From: Nitrospinales bacterium
GTDB taxonomy: Bacteria > Nitrospinota > Nitrospinia > Nitrospinales > JAJDAT01
Assembly: GCA_046757665.1 (NCBI GenBank)
Contig: JBHHYO010000006.1
Location: 822 to 64,821 of the forward strand
DNA: 64,000 bases
Direction: 5' to 3'
Part shown: piece after piece, positions 19,337-29,960 of the stretch
How positions within the stretch are numbered: position 1 is the stretch's first letter
Layout of the letters: every line of letters begins with the position of its first letter
The notes under the pieces: generated by a model
What the model saw: only the letters and a program-made list of their open reading frames with translations
What the model was told of the DNA's origin: nothing
Database searches by the model: none
Translations under genes and position numbers: made by a program

Positions 19337-20620
19337 ATGAGTTTTAAACAATCTATTTTTAAAATTCTTTTCCTGGTTTTGATCCTGGCCCCCGGGGTGG
19401 AAGCGCGCGACCGGATCGTGGTTTTGAAGATTTCCGGAGCGATCAACCCGGCTGTGGCCGAATTCGCCACTCGGGAAATTGAGAACGCCAACCAGGACGG
19501 AGAGCAATTGATCGTATTGCAAATGGACACGCCGGGCGGGTTGGATACTTCCATGCGCGCCATCATCAAGGAAATAGAAAAATCGCAGGTGCCGGTGGCG
19601 ACGTATGTTTCGCCGTCGGGGTCGCGGGCGGCCTCGGCGGGGACGTTTATTACCATTGCGTCGCATATCGCCGCCATGGCGCCGGGGACCAACATCGGCG
19701 CCGCCCACCCCGTCAACCTGATGGGCGGCAACCAAAAAGGCGGCGCCATGGAGGATAAAATTGTCAACGACGCGGCGGCCTATATCCGTTCGCTCGCGGA
19801 ACTGCGGGGACGCAACGCCTACTGGGCGGAAACAGCGGTGAAAAACAGCGCCTCCATTTCTGCCGAGGAAGCTAAAAAACTGGCCGTCATCGATCTCATC
19901 GCCGCCAGCATGGATGCCTTGTTGCTTGCCCTGGAAGGACGCGAAGTCAGCATCGGTTCCGAAAAAATCATCCTCCAAACCGCGGGCAAACCCGTCGTGT
20001 TTAAGGAGATGACCAAGCGGCAGAAGATGCTGGACCTCATCTCCAATCCCAATGTCGCCTACATGTTGCTGATGCTGGGTCTGGTGGGACTTTATTTCGA
20101 GATGTCCAACCCCGGTTTGATCCTTCCCGGCGTGGTCGGTGGTTTGAGTCTCATCCTTGCCTTGTACGGAATGCAAACCCTGCCGGTCAATTATGCGGGT
20201 CTTCTGTTGATCCTTTTGGGCGTCATTCTTTTTATTGCTGAAGTCAACGTCATGAGTTACGGGTTGTTGTCGGTGGGAGGAGCGATTTCCCTGTATTTGG
20301 GATCGGTCATGCTGATCGACTCCGACGACCCCAACATGCAAATATCGCGGGCGGTGCTTTTTCCCACGATGGCTGTGTCGTTGCTGATTGCCGGCGGCGT
20401 GTTCTATCTGGCGATGAAGGCGCATGAGCGGCGTCCGGTCAGCGGTATAGACAGCCTGATCGGGGAAAAAGCCAAGGCGAAGACGGAGTTGAATCCCGAG
20501 GGAAGCGTTTCCCTGCATGGGGAAACCTGGCGGGCGGAATGTGAGGGCCGTATCGAAGCCGGAGCCACCGTGGTCGTTGAGGCCGTGGAAGGGCTCAAGG
20601 TGAAAGTCAAAAAAGCCTGA
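19337..20620 (+). CDS. nfeD: NfeD membrane-bound serine protease (ClpP class)
   Basis: [21 protein letters not shown] bundle, C-terminal OB fold. Confidence 0.92.
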   Translation: MSFKQSIFKILFLVLILAPGVEARDRIVVLKISGAINPAVAEFATREIENANQDGEQLIVLQMDTPGGLDTSMRAIIKEIEKSQVPVATYVSPSGSRAASAGTFITIASHIAAMAPGTNIGAAHPVNLMGGNQKGGAMEDKIVNDAAAYIRSLAELRGRNAYWAETAVKNSASISAEEAKKLAVIDLIAASMDALLLALEGREVSIGSEKIILQTAGKPVVFKEMTKRQKMLDLISNPNVAYMLLMLGLVGLYFEMSNPGLILPGVVGGLSLILALYGMQTLPVNYAGLLLILLGVILFIAEVNVMSYGLLSVGGAISLYLGSVMLIDSDDPNMQISRAVLFPTMAVSLLIAGGVFYLAMKAHERRPVSGIDSLIGEKAKAKTELNPEGSVSLHGETWRAECEGRIEAGATVVVEAVEGLKVKVKKA

Positions 20621-20634
20621 AAGGAGTCAAGATT

Positions 20635-21396
20635 ATGGAAGGCATGTTGTTTGGATTTTTCTTACTTGCCATCTTGTTGTTCAGCGCGGTCAAAATCCTC
20701 CGCGAATACGAACGGGGCGTGGTGTTCCAGTTGGGCCGGTTCTGGAAAGTCAAGGGGCCCGGCCTGATCATCCTGATTCCCGGTATCCAGAAAATGGTCA
20801 AGGTGAGCCTGCGAACCGTGGTCATGGACGTTCCGCCCCAGGACATCATCACCAAGGACAACGTGACGGTGAAGGTCAACGCGGTCATTTATTTTCGCGT
20901 GGTTGATCCGCGACGGGCCATCATCGACGTGGAGAATTTTCTGTTCGCCACCTCGCAGTTGTCGCAGACCACGTTACGCAGTGTTCTGGGGCAAAGCCAG
21001 CTCGACGAGCTTTTGTCCAACCGCGAGGAGATCAACGCGCATCTGCAACGGGTGATCGATGAGCAGACGGAGCCCTGGGGCGTGAAGGTCATCAACGTGG
21101 AGGTCAAGAACGTGGACCTGCCGCAGGAGATGCAACGCGCCCTGGCCAAGCAGGCGGAAGCGGAGCGGGAACGGCGCGCCAAGGTCATCAATGCTCAGGG
21201 GGAATTCGAGGCGGCGCAGAAAACCGGCGAGGCCGCGGATATCATCGGCGCCCATCCGCCGGCGTTGCAACTGCGGTTTTTGCAGACCATGGTGGATATT
21301 TCTTCCGACAAAAGTTCGGTCACCTTCCTGCCCATTCCCCTGGAACTTTTCGAGCCGTTCCGGGATGCGCTGACGAAAAAGAACAAAGTCGATTAG
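20635..21396 (+). CDS. SPFH/stomatin (slipin) family protein
   Basis: [32 protein letters not shown]; canonical partner of NfeD. Confidence 0.93.
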   Translation: MEGMLFGFFLLAILLFSAVKILREYERGVVFQLGRFWKVKGPGLIILIPGIQKMVKVSLRTVVMDVPPQDIITKDNVTVKVNAVIYFRVVDPRRAIIDVENFLFATSQLSQTTLRSVLGQSQLDELLSNREEINAHLQRVIDEQTEPWGVKVINVEVKNVDLPQEMQRALAKQAEAERERRAKVINAQGEFEAAQKTGEAADIIGAHPPALQLRFLQTMVDISSDKSSVTFLPIPLELFEPFRDALTKKNKVD

Positions 21397-21429
21397 GCGC
21401 GTCTTTGTTGAATGAAAAGCAAGGCGATT

Positions 21430-22275
21430 ATGGAAACCGTACTGCTGATCCTGGCCGTGTTGGTGGGGTGCATGGCGATGCTCGTCGCATATGAAAAGAA
21501 AATGGTTTATTACCCCAGTACGTATCCCGCCGGCATATGGGAAACCGAACCGTTTGGAATCCAGGTTGAGGATGTTTATTTTCAATCCGGCGACGGCGTC
21601 AAACTGCACGGCTGGTTTGTCCCCGCCGAGGGCGCGGCGGCGACGTTGCTGTGGTTTCACGGCAACGCCGGCAACCTGACGCATCGCCTGGACAACATCA
21701 TCCGGTTGCGGGCTCTGGGTCTGAATGTTTTTATTTTCGATTACAGAGGGTACGGCAAAAGCGAGGGGGAGCCCGACGAGCCCGGCATTTACCGTGATTC
21801 TCTTGCGGCGTATGAGACTCTTGTGCGGATTAAAAAGATTTCTCCGGAGCGCTTGTTTCTTTTTGGCCGGTCCCTGGGAGGGGTGTGCGCCATCGAGGTG
21901 GCGGCGCAACGGCCCGCCGCGGGCTTGATCCTGGAATCGACCTTCACCTCCGCAAAGGATATGGCGCGGAACCTGTTTCCGTTTTTGCCGTTGGGATATT
22001 TTATCCGGTCCAAGTTCGACGCCATCGGGAAAATCCCCGCCATCGAAATTCCCAAACTGATTCTTCATGGGACGGAGGATGAAATCGTTCCGTACCGAAT
22101 GGGCCGAGAACTGTATGAGGCGGCGGCGGAACCCAAGGCGTTTTACGAGATTCGGGGATCGAGGCACAACGATACCTACGTGGCCGGCGGCGAATCCTAT
22201 TTTAGAGCCCTGGGCCGGTTTGTCCGGCACACCCTCGCCGCCGCGCCTGCCGGCCGTTCCACGGGGAAACCCTGA
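21430..22275 (+). CDS. Alpha/beta hydrolase (ABHD13/YhfR-like)
   Basis: FHGNAGN, DYRGYG, GRSLGG, HGTEDE, HND. Confidence 0.9.
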   Translation: METVLLILAVLVGCMAMLVAYEKKMVYYPSTYPAGIWETEPFGIQVEDVYFQSGDGVKLHGWFVPAEGAAATLLWFHGNAGNLTHRLDNIIRLRALGLNVFIFDYRGYGKSEGEPDEPGIYRDSLAAYETLVRIKKISPERLFLFGRSLGGVCAIEVAAQRPAAGLILESTFTSAKDMARNLFPFLPLGYFIRSKFDAIGKIPAIEIPKLILHGTEDEIVPYRMGRELYEAAAEPKAFYEIRGSRHNDTYVAGGESYFRALGRFVRHTLAAAPAGRSTGKP

Positions 22276-22394
22276 TCTTCCGCCGTCGGTTGTCCGCGCA
22301 AAATCTCCGTGAAAAGAGATTGCAAGATTTTCCACTTCGATTACAATTGAATCCGGTCACAACGAAAACGAAAAAACCGCGCGCTATTTATCCT

Positions 22395-23576
22395 ATGAAA
22401 CCCGACAATCAACATCTTCGGCAAGAGATTCTGAAACACCTGAAGCGGGTCGTCATTAAAATTGGCGGCAGTGTGATTGCCGACTGCGAGAAGGAATCCG
22501 CGGGACTGGCGCGGGGTTTTAGTGATGCTACGGTAAGGCGTATTGCGGCGCAGGTGCAACGAATCGTTGAGACGGGCCGCGAAGTGGTTCTTGTGTCCTC
22601 TGGAGCCGTGATGGCGGGCAGAAGCCGGCTGAGTCTTCAAAGACAAACCCTGACCATCCCGGAAAAACAGGCGTGCGCCGCCGTCGGCCAGAGTTTCCTG
22701 ATGCGGACTTATGAAAGGCATTTTGAAAAACTCGGCTTGCGGGTGGCGCAGATTCTGCTGGACCATTTTGACCTGGCGGACCGCAAACGCTACCTGAACG
22801 CCGAAAATACCATTGCCACGCTCCTGCGGCATGGGGTCATTCCCGTGATTAACGAAAACGATACGGTGTCGGTGGACGAAATAAAAATCGGCGACAACGA
22901 CACCCTGGCCGCCACCGTGGCCTGCCTGGTTGATGCTCAGCTTCTGATCATTCTTTCCGACGTGGAGGGATTGTATACCCGCGACCCTTCCGTGAAGCCT
23001 TCCAGACAATCCCCCGAGGTTCCCGAGTTGATTTCGCTGGTGACCCGGGTCACACCGGACCTGGAACGGCTTGCCGGGATGCGCAACAGCGGCTTGACCG
23101 TGGGTGGGATGTACACCAAGGTTTTGGCCGCGAAAAAAACCATGAGCTTTGGCGTGCCTACTTTGGTGGTGAACGGTTTGGACCCGGCTTGCCTGGAGAA
23201 AGTGTTTTCCGGGGCATCCACGGGCACCTTGTTCTGGTCCGGCAAAGCCAGAATAAAGAACCGAAAACACTGGATCGCTCACACGTTAAAGCCCGCGGGC
23301 AGAGTCATCATCGACGCCGGGGCCAAGAAAGCCATTGTTGACCGAGGCAAAAGCCTGTTGCCCGCCGGGGTGGTGCGAGTGGAGGGGCGTTTCGAGTTCG
23401 GTAACGCGGTGCGGATTCTTGACGAAGACCAGATGGAGTTTGCCCGCGGATTGGTCAATTACGGTTTTCGCGACCTGGAACAGATCAAGGGAATGAAAAC
23501 CTCCGCCGTTCGGAAACTCCTTGGGACCGGGTATTACGATGAGGTGGTGCATCGCAACGATTTGGTGGTGTTGTAG
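22395..23576 (+). CDS. proB: Glutamate 5-kinase
   Basis: VVIKIGG, VSSGAV, INENDTV, GDNDTL, PUA domain SLLPAGV. Confidence 0.95.
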   Translation: MKPDNQHLRQEILKHLKRVVIKIGGSVIADCEKESAGLARGFSDATVRRIAAQVQRIVETGREVVLVSSGAVMAGRSRLSLQRQTLTIPEKQACAAVGQSFLMRTYERHFEKLGLRVAQILLDHFDLADRKRYLNAENTIATLLRHGVIPVINENDTVSVDEIKIGDNDTLAATVACLVDAQLLIILSDVEGLYTRDPSVKPSRQSPEVPELISLVTRVTPDLERLAGMRNSGLTVGGMYTKVLAAKKTMSFGVPTLVVNGLDPACLEKVFSGASTGTLFWSGKARIKNRKHWIAHTLKPAGRVIIDAGAKKAIVDRGKSLLPAGVVRVEGRFEFGNAVRILDEDQMEFARGLVNYGFRDLEQIKGMKTSAVRKLLGTGYYDEVVHRNDLVVL

Positions 23577-23578
23577 TC

Positions 23579-23986
23579 ATGCGCCGGTGGTGGGAAAGAG
23601 AGCCTGTCCGGTTTGAATGCCAACCGCAGTGCTTCAAATGCTGTCTCAAACCGGGGATCGTTTGTTTCAGCGATGCGGACATCCGCCGGGCGGCGACGTT
23701 TCTCCAATGTTCCACGACTGAGTTTAAATCCGAATATCTTGTCAAGGAAGGCGATTTGTGGTTGATCGATGTTACGGAGGATCAACCATGCCCTTTTCTG
23801 ACCCTTCAGGGTTGCCGGATTCACGAATCCAAGCCGACGCAGTGTAAAACCTATCCGTTTTGGGAGGAGAACCTGGAATCCAGGAATTTGTGGAAATTGA
23901 CGGCCCTGTTTTGCCCCGGCATTGGATTGGGCTCGATGTTCCCCGTGACGGCGATCAGGAAAGCTCTACAGGTTTTCAAGATGTGA
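23579..23986 (+). CDS. YkgJ-family cysteine cluster protein
   Basis: C..C..CC, CPFL, C.IH..KP.QC.TYPFW, CPGI. Confidence 0.85.
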   Translation: MRRWWEREPVRFECQPQCFKCCLKPGIVCFSDADIRRAATFLQCSTTEFKSEYLVKEGDLWLIDVTEDQPCPFLTLQGCRIHESKPTQCKTYPFWEENLESRNLWKLTALFCPGIGLGSMFPVTAIRKALQVFKM

Positions 23987-24072
23987 CGAAAAAATACAAC
24001 GCCGTCAAACAAAATTTTTCCCGATGGATGGCGGTGGCTTTGACGTAGCTAACGGGCATTGCATAAAAGTGC

Positions 24073-24107
24073 AAAAGGGGTTGTGGGCGAAAACCCGCAA
24101 CCCCTTT
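24073..24107 (-). terminator. Intrinsic terminator-like hairpin downstream of tRNA-Phe
   Basis: aaaggggttgtggg...cccgcaaccccttt inverted repeat with T tract on minus strand. Confidence 0.65.
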
Positions 24108-24117
24108 GTCGTCAAAA

Positions 24118-24190
<73 letters not shown>

Positions 24191-24314
24191 ATTTTGCTTA
24201 TCTCGGGTTAAAAAGAGCGAAGCTATCATAAACGATTTGCCGCATCAAACCAACCATTTTCCAGACCTTACTTTGCGGATTGGGGGCAAATATATCTCGT
24301 CCCGGATGTTTATT

Positions 24315-24323
24315 TGTTATAAT
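24315..24323 (+). promoter_or_regulatory. Extended -10 element (TGTTATAAT) upstream of csrA
   Basis: Perfect TGnTATAAT about 55 bp before the start. Confidence 0.55.
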
Positions 24324-24376
24324 CCCTCAGGTCAGGGAGGGCTTTTTCCCCCTTTCAATGAAGATGGGTGCCGCCA

Positions 24377-24619
24377 ATGCTGGTCCTTACTCGGAAAATC
24401 GGTGAAAGCATAAGAATCAACGACGATATCAAGTTGACTATTGTCGAGGTGAAAGGGAAGAACATCCGGATCGGCATCGAAGCTCCCCGGGAAACTAAAA
24501 TATACCGGGAAGAATTATTCTGGAAAATCCGCAAGGAAAACGAAGCCGCCGCCTCCGCCAGGGCCTTTGACTTGGGAAAGGTGGCGCAACTGTTACAAGA
24601 GAAGCTTAAAAAAGGTTGA
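24377..24619 (+). CDS. csrA: Carbon storage regulator CsrA
   Basis: MLVLTRK.GESI.I, IGIEAP, YREE. Confidence 0.95.
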   Translation: MLVLTRKIGESIRINDDIKLTIVEVKGKNIRIGIEAPRETKIYREELFWKIRKENEAAASARAFDLGKVAQLLQEKLKKG

Positions 24620-24669
24620 CGCAAATTTTTCGGCACAGCCGATCGGACATTACTCTTCAGGAAATCCCG

Positions 24670-25134
24670 ATGAAATATCATTCTACTCGTCTCGGTGACT
24701 TTGACCTTCAGAAAAACGAGGTTCTGCGATTCGCCGGGGGCCTGTATGGTTTTGAACAGGAAAAACGGTTCGCCGTTCTTCCCTTCAACCGGGAAATTGA
24801 AAGTCCGCTGGAGTGGATGCAATCGTTGCAAAATCCCGATCTGGCGTTTGTTATAACCGATCCCCATCTCTTCATCGCCGATTACAAGGTGAGCTTTTTG
24901 GATCACGAGAAAGCCGACATCGAATTGCAACCGGACGAGCCTTGCCTGGTCCGGGTGATTGTGAATATTCCTTCCGTATATACCGAGATGACCGCCAACC
25001 TTGTGGCGCCCATTGCAATCAATTCCGCGAAAAACCTCGCAAAACAATTTATCCTTACCACCTCGGAATACGATACCCGGCACTACCTGTTTTCGGACGA
25101 AGTCAGAAAGTCGGCATCGTCGGATGCACAATGA
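24670..25134 (+). CDS. fliW: Flagellar assembly factor / CsrA antagonist FliW
   Basis: F..GLYGFE, W.QS, MTANL.API.IN; adjacent to csrA. Confidence 0.92.
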   Translation: MKYHSTRLGDFDLQKNEVLRFAGGLYGFEQEKRFAVLPFNREIESPLEWMQSLQNPDLAFVITDPHLFIADYKVSFLDHEKADIELQPDEPCLVRVIVNIPSVYTEMTANLVAPIAINSAKNLAKQFILTTSEYDTRHYLFSDEVRKSASSDAQ

Positions 25135-25144
25135 GGGAGCCCGC

Positions 25145-26539
25145 CTAAGGAGTTGTTGCGCGGGGCGGGGATTTGCCGAAAGCCAGCAGGCGGTTCTCAA
25201 ATTCTTGCAAATCGCTGTGGGCGTCGACGTAAATGTAGCTTGCTCTTGTCTTGGAGTTGAGGGCGAAGTTGATACGCGACAGCCGGCATCCGTCCACCAG
25301 CATCAGGTTTTCCCACGGCGGGTCGGCCCGGTAGTCCGGGTGTTTTTCGAGAAACGCAAAGAACGTTTCAAATCCCTGCACGCATAAGGCCGAGCGAAGG
25401 TCCTCCAAATCGCAAACGATTCGCAGTTGCGTGGAATTGTTCCTGGATCGTTTCTCCAGGTCTTCCGCGCGAGTATTGTTTGTCTGCGTTTCGCGGGTGG
25501 TGGCCTTGACGGAAAAATAGCGGGCCATCTTGGAATAGTGCAAGTCGTAGCGGATGGTTGCGTCGTAGTCGTTCAGGATGAAGGTGTTGTATTTGTCGAT
25601 GGTGATTTTTCCCCAAGGCCGGCCCTGAAGGGCCAGACTGGCTTTATACAGCCCATCCGCGCCTTGCAGGCATTCTTCCGGGGACAGGTTGACGGCGCAA
25701 ATGATATTTCCCAGATGGAGTCTCCGGCGCAAGGCCTCGCCGTATCTTTCCTCGATGACGGAGTATATTTTCTTTTGCAGTTTCCATTCGTTGCCGGGGT
25801 CCCTGAAAATGAGAAAGTTCATCAAGTCTGCTTCGGGTGCGTCAAACTTCAGGGGCAGGGCGCTGGGGTCCTTGAGGGGGATAAAGGAATCGGTGATCAC
25901 GATTTCCGGCCAGCGCTTGTTTTTGAAAATCAGGTTCTTCACTACCGAGAACAGGTTTTGATAACCGGCAAGACACTGTGTGTTGGAAATTTTTTGGGTG
26001 CAATACAGTTCGCCGATGCTGATTCTGTTTTTGATCTTTTGCTTCAAGTCGCGGATAGTTTCCAGAAACTTTTTTTGTTCTTCCTCGGGCGGCCGCTGGT
26101 TTAAAAATTGTGACAGCTCTTCTTTTGTGCTTTCCCAGGGGATCAATACGCTATGAAACCCGCCCACCCACATGAACCGGTCGCTGATGCCCACGGTGTT
26201 CAAGTTGGCTATGGGATTTTCCGCAAGGGCTTGTTTGAGGGTTTCGGCGCCTTGCAGGCATTTGCGAATGAGAGGTTTCTGGTCTTCGGTGAAGCCGATG
26301 TTCTCGATGAAGGGAAAACATTCCAGAGTGTCGATACCGAACCGTTTTTCCAACCCGGCCTTGACGCCGGACAAGCGGTGAAAGGCGGGGGCGCTTTCCT
26401 CCGCCAGGGCCATGCCCGCGCCGATCGTCAGGAGCATCAAAATCAATCCCGTCGCCTGGTATGCAACAAACCGCATCGTCAGGGCTTGGCGGAGAAAGGG
26501 GATCGGATGGTTTTTAGCGTAATCTCTTGAAGTTTTCAC
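25145..26539 (-). CDS. Exported hypothetical protein with four Cys-pair repeats
   Basis: Signal-like N-terminus (true start may be MRFVAY) and repeated C-x(9-17)-C.xG motif. Confidence 0.7.
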   Translation of the reverse strand: MKTSRDYAKNHPIPFLRQALTMRFVAYQATGLILMLLTIGAGMALAEESAPAFHRLSGVKAGLEKRFGIDTLECFPFIENIGFTEDQKPLIRKCLQGAETLKQALAENPIANLNTVGISDRFMWVGGFHSVLIPWESTKEELSQFLNQRPPEEEQKKFLETIRDLKQKIKNRISIGELYCTQKISNTQCLAGYQNLFSVVKNLIFKNKRWPEIVITDSFIPLKDPSALPLKFDAPEADLMNFLIFRDPGNEWKLQKKIYSVIEERYGEALRRRLHLGNIICAVNLSPEECLQGADGLYKASLALQGRPWGKITIDKYNTFILNDYDATIRYDLHYSKMARYFSVKATTRETQTNNTRAEDLEKRSRNNSTQLRIVCDLEDLRSALCVQGFETFFAFLEKHPDYRADPPWENLMLVDGCRLSRINFALNSKTRASYIYVDAHSDLQEFENRLLAFGKSPPRATTP

Positions 26540-26730
26540 TGATGCGGTTCATGCTATAGAATGGGATCGATTGAGGTTGATTATACAGAAATTTTTGTTC
26601 CCAGGCTTGACTTTCGTGGGTGGCGATTTTATTTTTTTCATGAGTGAAGCCAAAAATTGCGGCTTTCCGGCCGTTGATAATAATCACAATCGGACAACAA
26701 AACCACTCGTTAAAAGAAGGGGGATTGTCT

Positions 26731-27432
26731 ATGAAATATCCAGCTTATGCGATGAGCCATGATGCCATAGCCGCCGAACAACAGCGATTTATGGTTAAGG
26801 TTTATAACTGGATGACCGCCGGCCTTGCGGTGACGGGCGCTATGGCGTACTTCGTTTCCCACAGCGAAACGATGGTGAACCTGATTCTGGGAAACCAGAT
26901 TGTGTTTTTCATGTTGATCATCGGTCAACTGGGGCTGGTGTTTTATCTTGCGGGATGGGTGCAGAGCATGTCCGCCAGCCTGGCGACGGGCGTGTTCATG
27001 TTGTACGCGGGGCTGAACGGTCTGACGTTTTCGCTGATTTTCCTGGCCTACACCGCGTCCTCCATTACGATGGCGTTCCTGGTCACCGCGGGCACGTTTG
27101 CCGCCATGAGCGTTTACGGCTACACCACCAAGAAAGACCTTACTTCCTGGGGTAGTTTTCTGTTCATGGGCCTGATTGGGATTATCATTGCTTCGTTGGT
27201 CAACATGTTTTTTCAGAGCGAGATGATTTACTGGGTCACCACGTATGCCGGGGTGCTGATTTTCGTCGGTCTTACCGCCTACGACACGCAAAAAATCAAA
27301 ATGATGAACGTGATCGGCAACGAAGGCACCGAGGAAGACCAGAAAGAGGCCATCAGCGGCGCGCTGGCTCTATACCTTGATTTCATTAACTTGTTCCTGA
27401 TGCTTCTTCGAATAATGGGGGACCGGCGGTAA
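26731..27432 (+). CDS. Bax inhibitor-1/YccA family membrane protein
   Basis: FMVKVYNWM, YTTKKDL, AYDTQKIK, LYLDFINLF; start at MKYPAY. Confidence 0.92.
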   Translation: MKYPAYAMSHDAIAAEQQRFMVKVYNWMTAGLAVTGAMAYFVSHSETMVNLILGNQIVFFMLIIGQLGLVFYLAGWVQSMSASLATGVFMLYAGLNGLTFSLIFLAYTASSITMAFLVTAGTFAAMSVYGYTTKKDLTSWGSFLFMGLIGIIIASLVNMFFQSEMIYWVTTYAGVLIFVGLTAYDTQKIKMMNVIGNEGTEEDQKEAISGALALYLDFINLFLMLLRIMGDRR

Positions 27433-27459
27433 GGTAAAGGTGGTTGTTTGAGTGGATTG

Positions 27460-27496
27460 GCAGGGAACAGGTCGTTGACCTGTCCCCTGCTTTTTT
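27460..27496. terminator. REP-like hairpin / terminator between convergent genes
   Basis: gcagggaacaggtc-gtt-gacctgtcccctgc followed by T tract. Confidence 0.65.
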
Positions 27497-27515
27497 ATTG
27501 CACGGGTTTGGCCCG

Positions 27516-27992
27516 TTAGTTTGCAAATGCTTTTCTGGCGACGTTCAGCAGAGTGTCGAGGGGACGGCACGCGAGTAACGGAGCGTCTTCCCTGGCAAGC
27601 TGTTCGCCATTGGCGTCCACGGCAATGGCGGCCCGGTTGAGGTAGCGGCTTTGCACTCCGTCGAGTTTCAAATTATTGGCCTCGGCAAACTGCATGTCCA
27701 CGTCCTGCAATAAATTGTCCATGCCGTGACCGGCGTTGGTCAAAATATCCGTTCCCACGACAACGATTACTTCGTCCACTCCGGCCTCCTTGAACTTCTC
27801 CGCATTGTCCTTGATGAGGTCCAGTTCCTTGTTGCAGAATCCACCGGCTCCGGGCAGAGTGACGATCAAGCGTTTCCCAGAGAAACAGTTTATTGTGACT
27901 TGTTTTTCCAAAGGGGTGGTGGCGGCATTGTCCACGGACCACTCGGGATTTAATTTGATCAATTTAACGTCGCCGCCTGGTAATTTGGCCAT
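27516..27992 (-). CDS. Divergent redoxin/peroxiredoxin-like protein
   Basis: GKRLIVTLPGA..FC, FKEAGVDEV, D....FA pattern resembling Prx5-type redoxins. Confidence 0.6.
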   Translation of the reverse strand: MAKLPGGDVKLIKLNPEWSVDNAATTPLEKQVTINCFSGKRLIVTLPGAGGFCNKELDLIKDNAEKFKEAGVDEVIVVVGTDILTNAGHGMDNLLQDVDMQFAEANNLKLDGVQSRYLNRAAIAVDANGEQLAREDAPLLACRPLDTLLNVARKAFAN

Positions 27993-28142
27993 TGAAAGAG
28001 ACCTCCTGATTTGAGTTAATGGGATAGACGTTGTTTAGATGAGCAACCCGGCGAAAAGTTGTAAAAAATTCCTGGTCCCGGCAATCAGGAGAATTACGTC
28101 TTCCTTGTCGGGAGAACTTTGCATAAATGTCCTTGTTTGACC

Positions 28143-28247
28143 GTCATTGCGAGGCGGCTCCGCCGACGAAGCAATCCAGAAAGGACCCATTCCCACCGGG
28201 CGTGGCCCGGCTGGATCGCCACGCCGCTGGTAGCGGCTCGCGATGAC
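28143..28247. repeat. REPIN-like palindromic element, copy 2 (complete)
   Basis: gtcattgcgag...ctcgcgatgac terminal inverted repeats, nested hairpins. Confidence 0.88.
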
Positions 28248-28349
28248 ACCGGCGGCGAAGAATATCGGGTTATGCAACGGTCTCTCTTATTGGACGTTTC
28301 CTGGATTTGGCGCCCTTTGGGTTCCAGTCATTCTCGTGTGAGTTCAGTT

Positions 28350-29933
28350 ATGAAACATTCTCCGAAGTTCGGGTTTTTTTTGGGTCTTGCGGCTGTTGTG
28401 GGTGTTTTGGCATATGACAGTCCATCTTATGCCAAGCGGCCGTTTTTTGAGTACAAAGGCGACTACCGGGAAAATATCCAAAATCAAATCAGCGCCTTCA
28501 AGGAGGCCTATGGTTATGACCTGCTGGATCTGGATGTGGGGTGGAGGCCGGAGCAAATCCGCCTGATGGACGAGGCGTTTTCCCAGTTACCGCCGGGGTT
28601 TTACCGCTTGCGCGGGCTGAAAGGGTTTTACCGCGCCGATTACCTGCAACCCGATCCCGGACTCGTTCCGGACGAGGATGTGCAGGCGGCCACGTTCCCC
28701 GCTTTCACGACGGTTTACCGCGGCGCAACCCACTCCCATCAGGTTGAGGTCCAGGACGATTACCTGCGCATTGAGTTTTACAATCCGCTATTCAACGAGG
28801 AGCGGGACGATATCATCAACATTGTCCAGCATGAAATGGCTCACGCCTATGATATGGCCAAGGGCATGATCAGTGTTTCCGCCGAATGGCTGAAAGTGTC
28901 TCATTTCAGGTTGATCCATTTGCCTCCATTGGACGCGAAACGCGACGGCGATTTTCTTTTTACTTTTTTGAACGATCCGGCGGTGGATCGTTATGCGCCG
29001 GTTTCCACCCGCTATCACCCGAATTATTCCCGGCAAAACCCGTGGGAGGATTTTGCCAATTCCGTAGCCGCTTATATCCATTACCCGTATTTCCGGCACA
29101 CCAACCCGAATCGCTACCGGTTTTTGAAGACGAAAGTTTTTGGTGGCAAGGAATATTTTCCGTCTCAGGCCCGCACGGACAGCTATGAACAGGCGGTTTT
29201 GACCGATCTGGATGCGGCGCTGAAGAAAAAAAACTGGCGGCAAGCGGCAAACATCATGGTCGAATTAAGCCGGAATTACTCTCCCGGGCTGGATGGCAAG
29301 GTGGTTGCGCGTTTGCGGGCGGCGGTTCGGTCCGATAACGCCGCGGCGCGCGAACTGGGGTTGGGAAGCTGTTACTTGATTCATCCGTCTGCCCTGGAAT
29401 TTCGCCGCGACCTGGTGCGGCAGGAGCAAGTGAAACTGGAGGATTTTCTGGCAAACAAGCGATGCGCGCAGATGGGGCGCGACTGGTTTGAAAAAGCTTT
29501 GGCAAACCTTGCCCCGGCGAATGTTTTTTTCTATCGGGACAAGGGGCGCGCTATCGTTCAGTTCTTCGACCCGGCGCTGACCCGGGCTTTTTTCAGAGGA
29601 TTTAAAACCGAGTATTTCTGGCAACTCGGGTTTGCAGGCAAGGTTCCCTTTGCCAAGGGCCGGATGCCGGTTTCCGGAGGGGGGCATGGATCGGTCAGGA
29701 TTGATTTGCAAGAGAGTTTTGGGAAGGAGCTTCCCTTGCCGTTCGGCGAAAAACTCTTGCTACGCCTGATCATCCGGCGCAGTCATCCGAAAACGTTTAA
29801 AGTCTTCCATTCCTCGGCGGCGCAAATTCGTTTCGTGGTGCAACCGTGGTTCGATTACGAGGGACCCGACCCTCCCGACGTGAAGGTGATTTTTCCGCTT
29901 CGGTTATTGTTTTTGGAAAAGAGCGGCAAATGA
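28350..29933 (+). CDS. Exported putative zinc metallopeptidase (HExxH)
   Basis: Signal peptide from MKHSPK, QHEMAHAYD and downstream Y...NPWEDFA motif. Confidence 0.7.
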   Translation: MKHSPKFGFFLGLAAVVGVLAYDSPSYAKRPFFEYKGDYRENIQNQISAFKEAYGYDLLDLDVGWRPEQIRLMDEAFSQLPPGFYRLRGLKGFYRADYLQPDPGLVPDEDVQAATFPAFTTVYRGATHSHQVEVQDDYLRIEFYNPLFNEERDDIINIVQHEMAHAYDMAKGMISVSAEWLKVSHFRLIHLPPLDAKRDGDFLFTFLNDPAVDRYAPVSTRYHPNYSRQNPWEDFANSVAAYIHYPYFRHTNPNRYRFLKTKVFGGKEYFPSQARTDSYEQAVLTDLDAALKKKNWRQAANIMVELSRNYSPGLDGKVVARLRAAVRSDNAAARELGLGSCYLIHPSALEFRRDLVRQEQVKLEDFLANKRCAQMGRDWFEKALANLAPANVFFYRDKGRAIVQFFDPALTRAFFRGFKTEYFWQLGFAGKVPFAKGRMPVSGGGHGSVRIDLQESFGKELPLPFGEKLLLRLIIRRSHPKTFKVFHSSAAQIRFVVQPWFDYEGPDPPDVKVIFPLRLLFLEKSGK

Positions 29934-29960
29934 TTCGGGAGGCACAGTCTGCAACCACCT

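Noticed and set aside
28119-28349. N-terminal extension of the 604-aa ORF, and ORFs at 9595-9804, 28035-28277 and 50359-50632
   Set aside because: These are translations of the REPIN palindrome; the signal peptide indicates a start at 28350.
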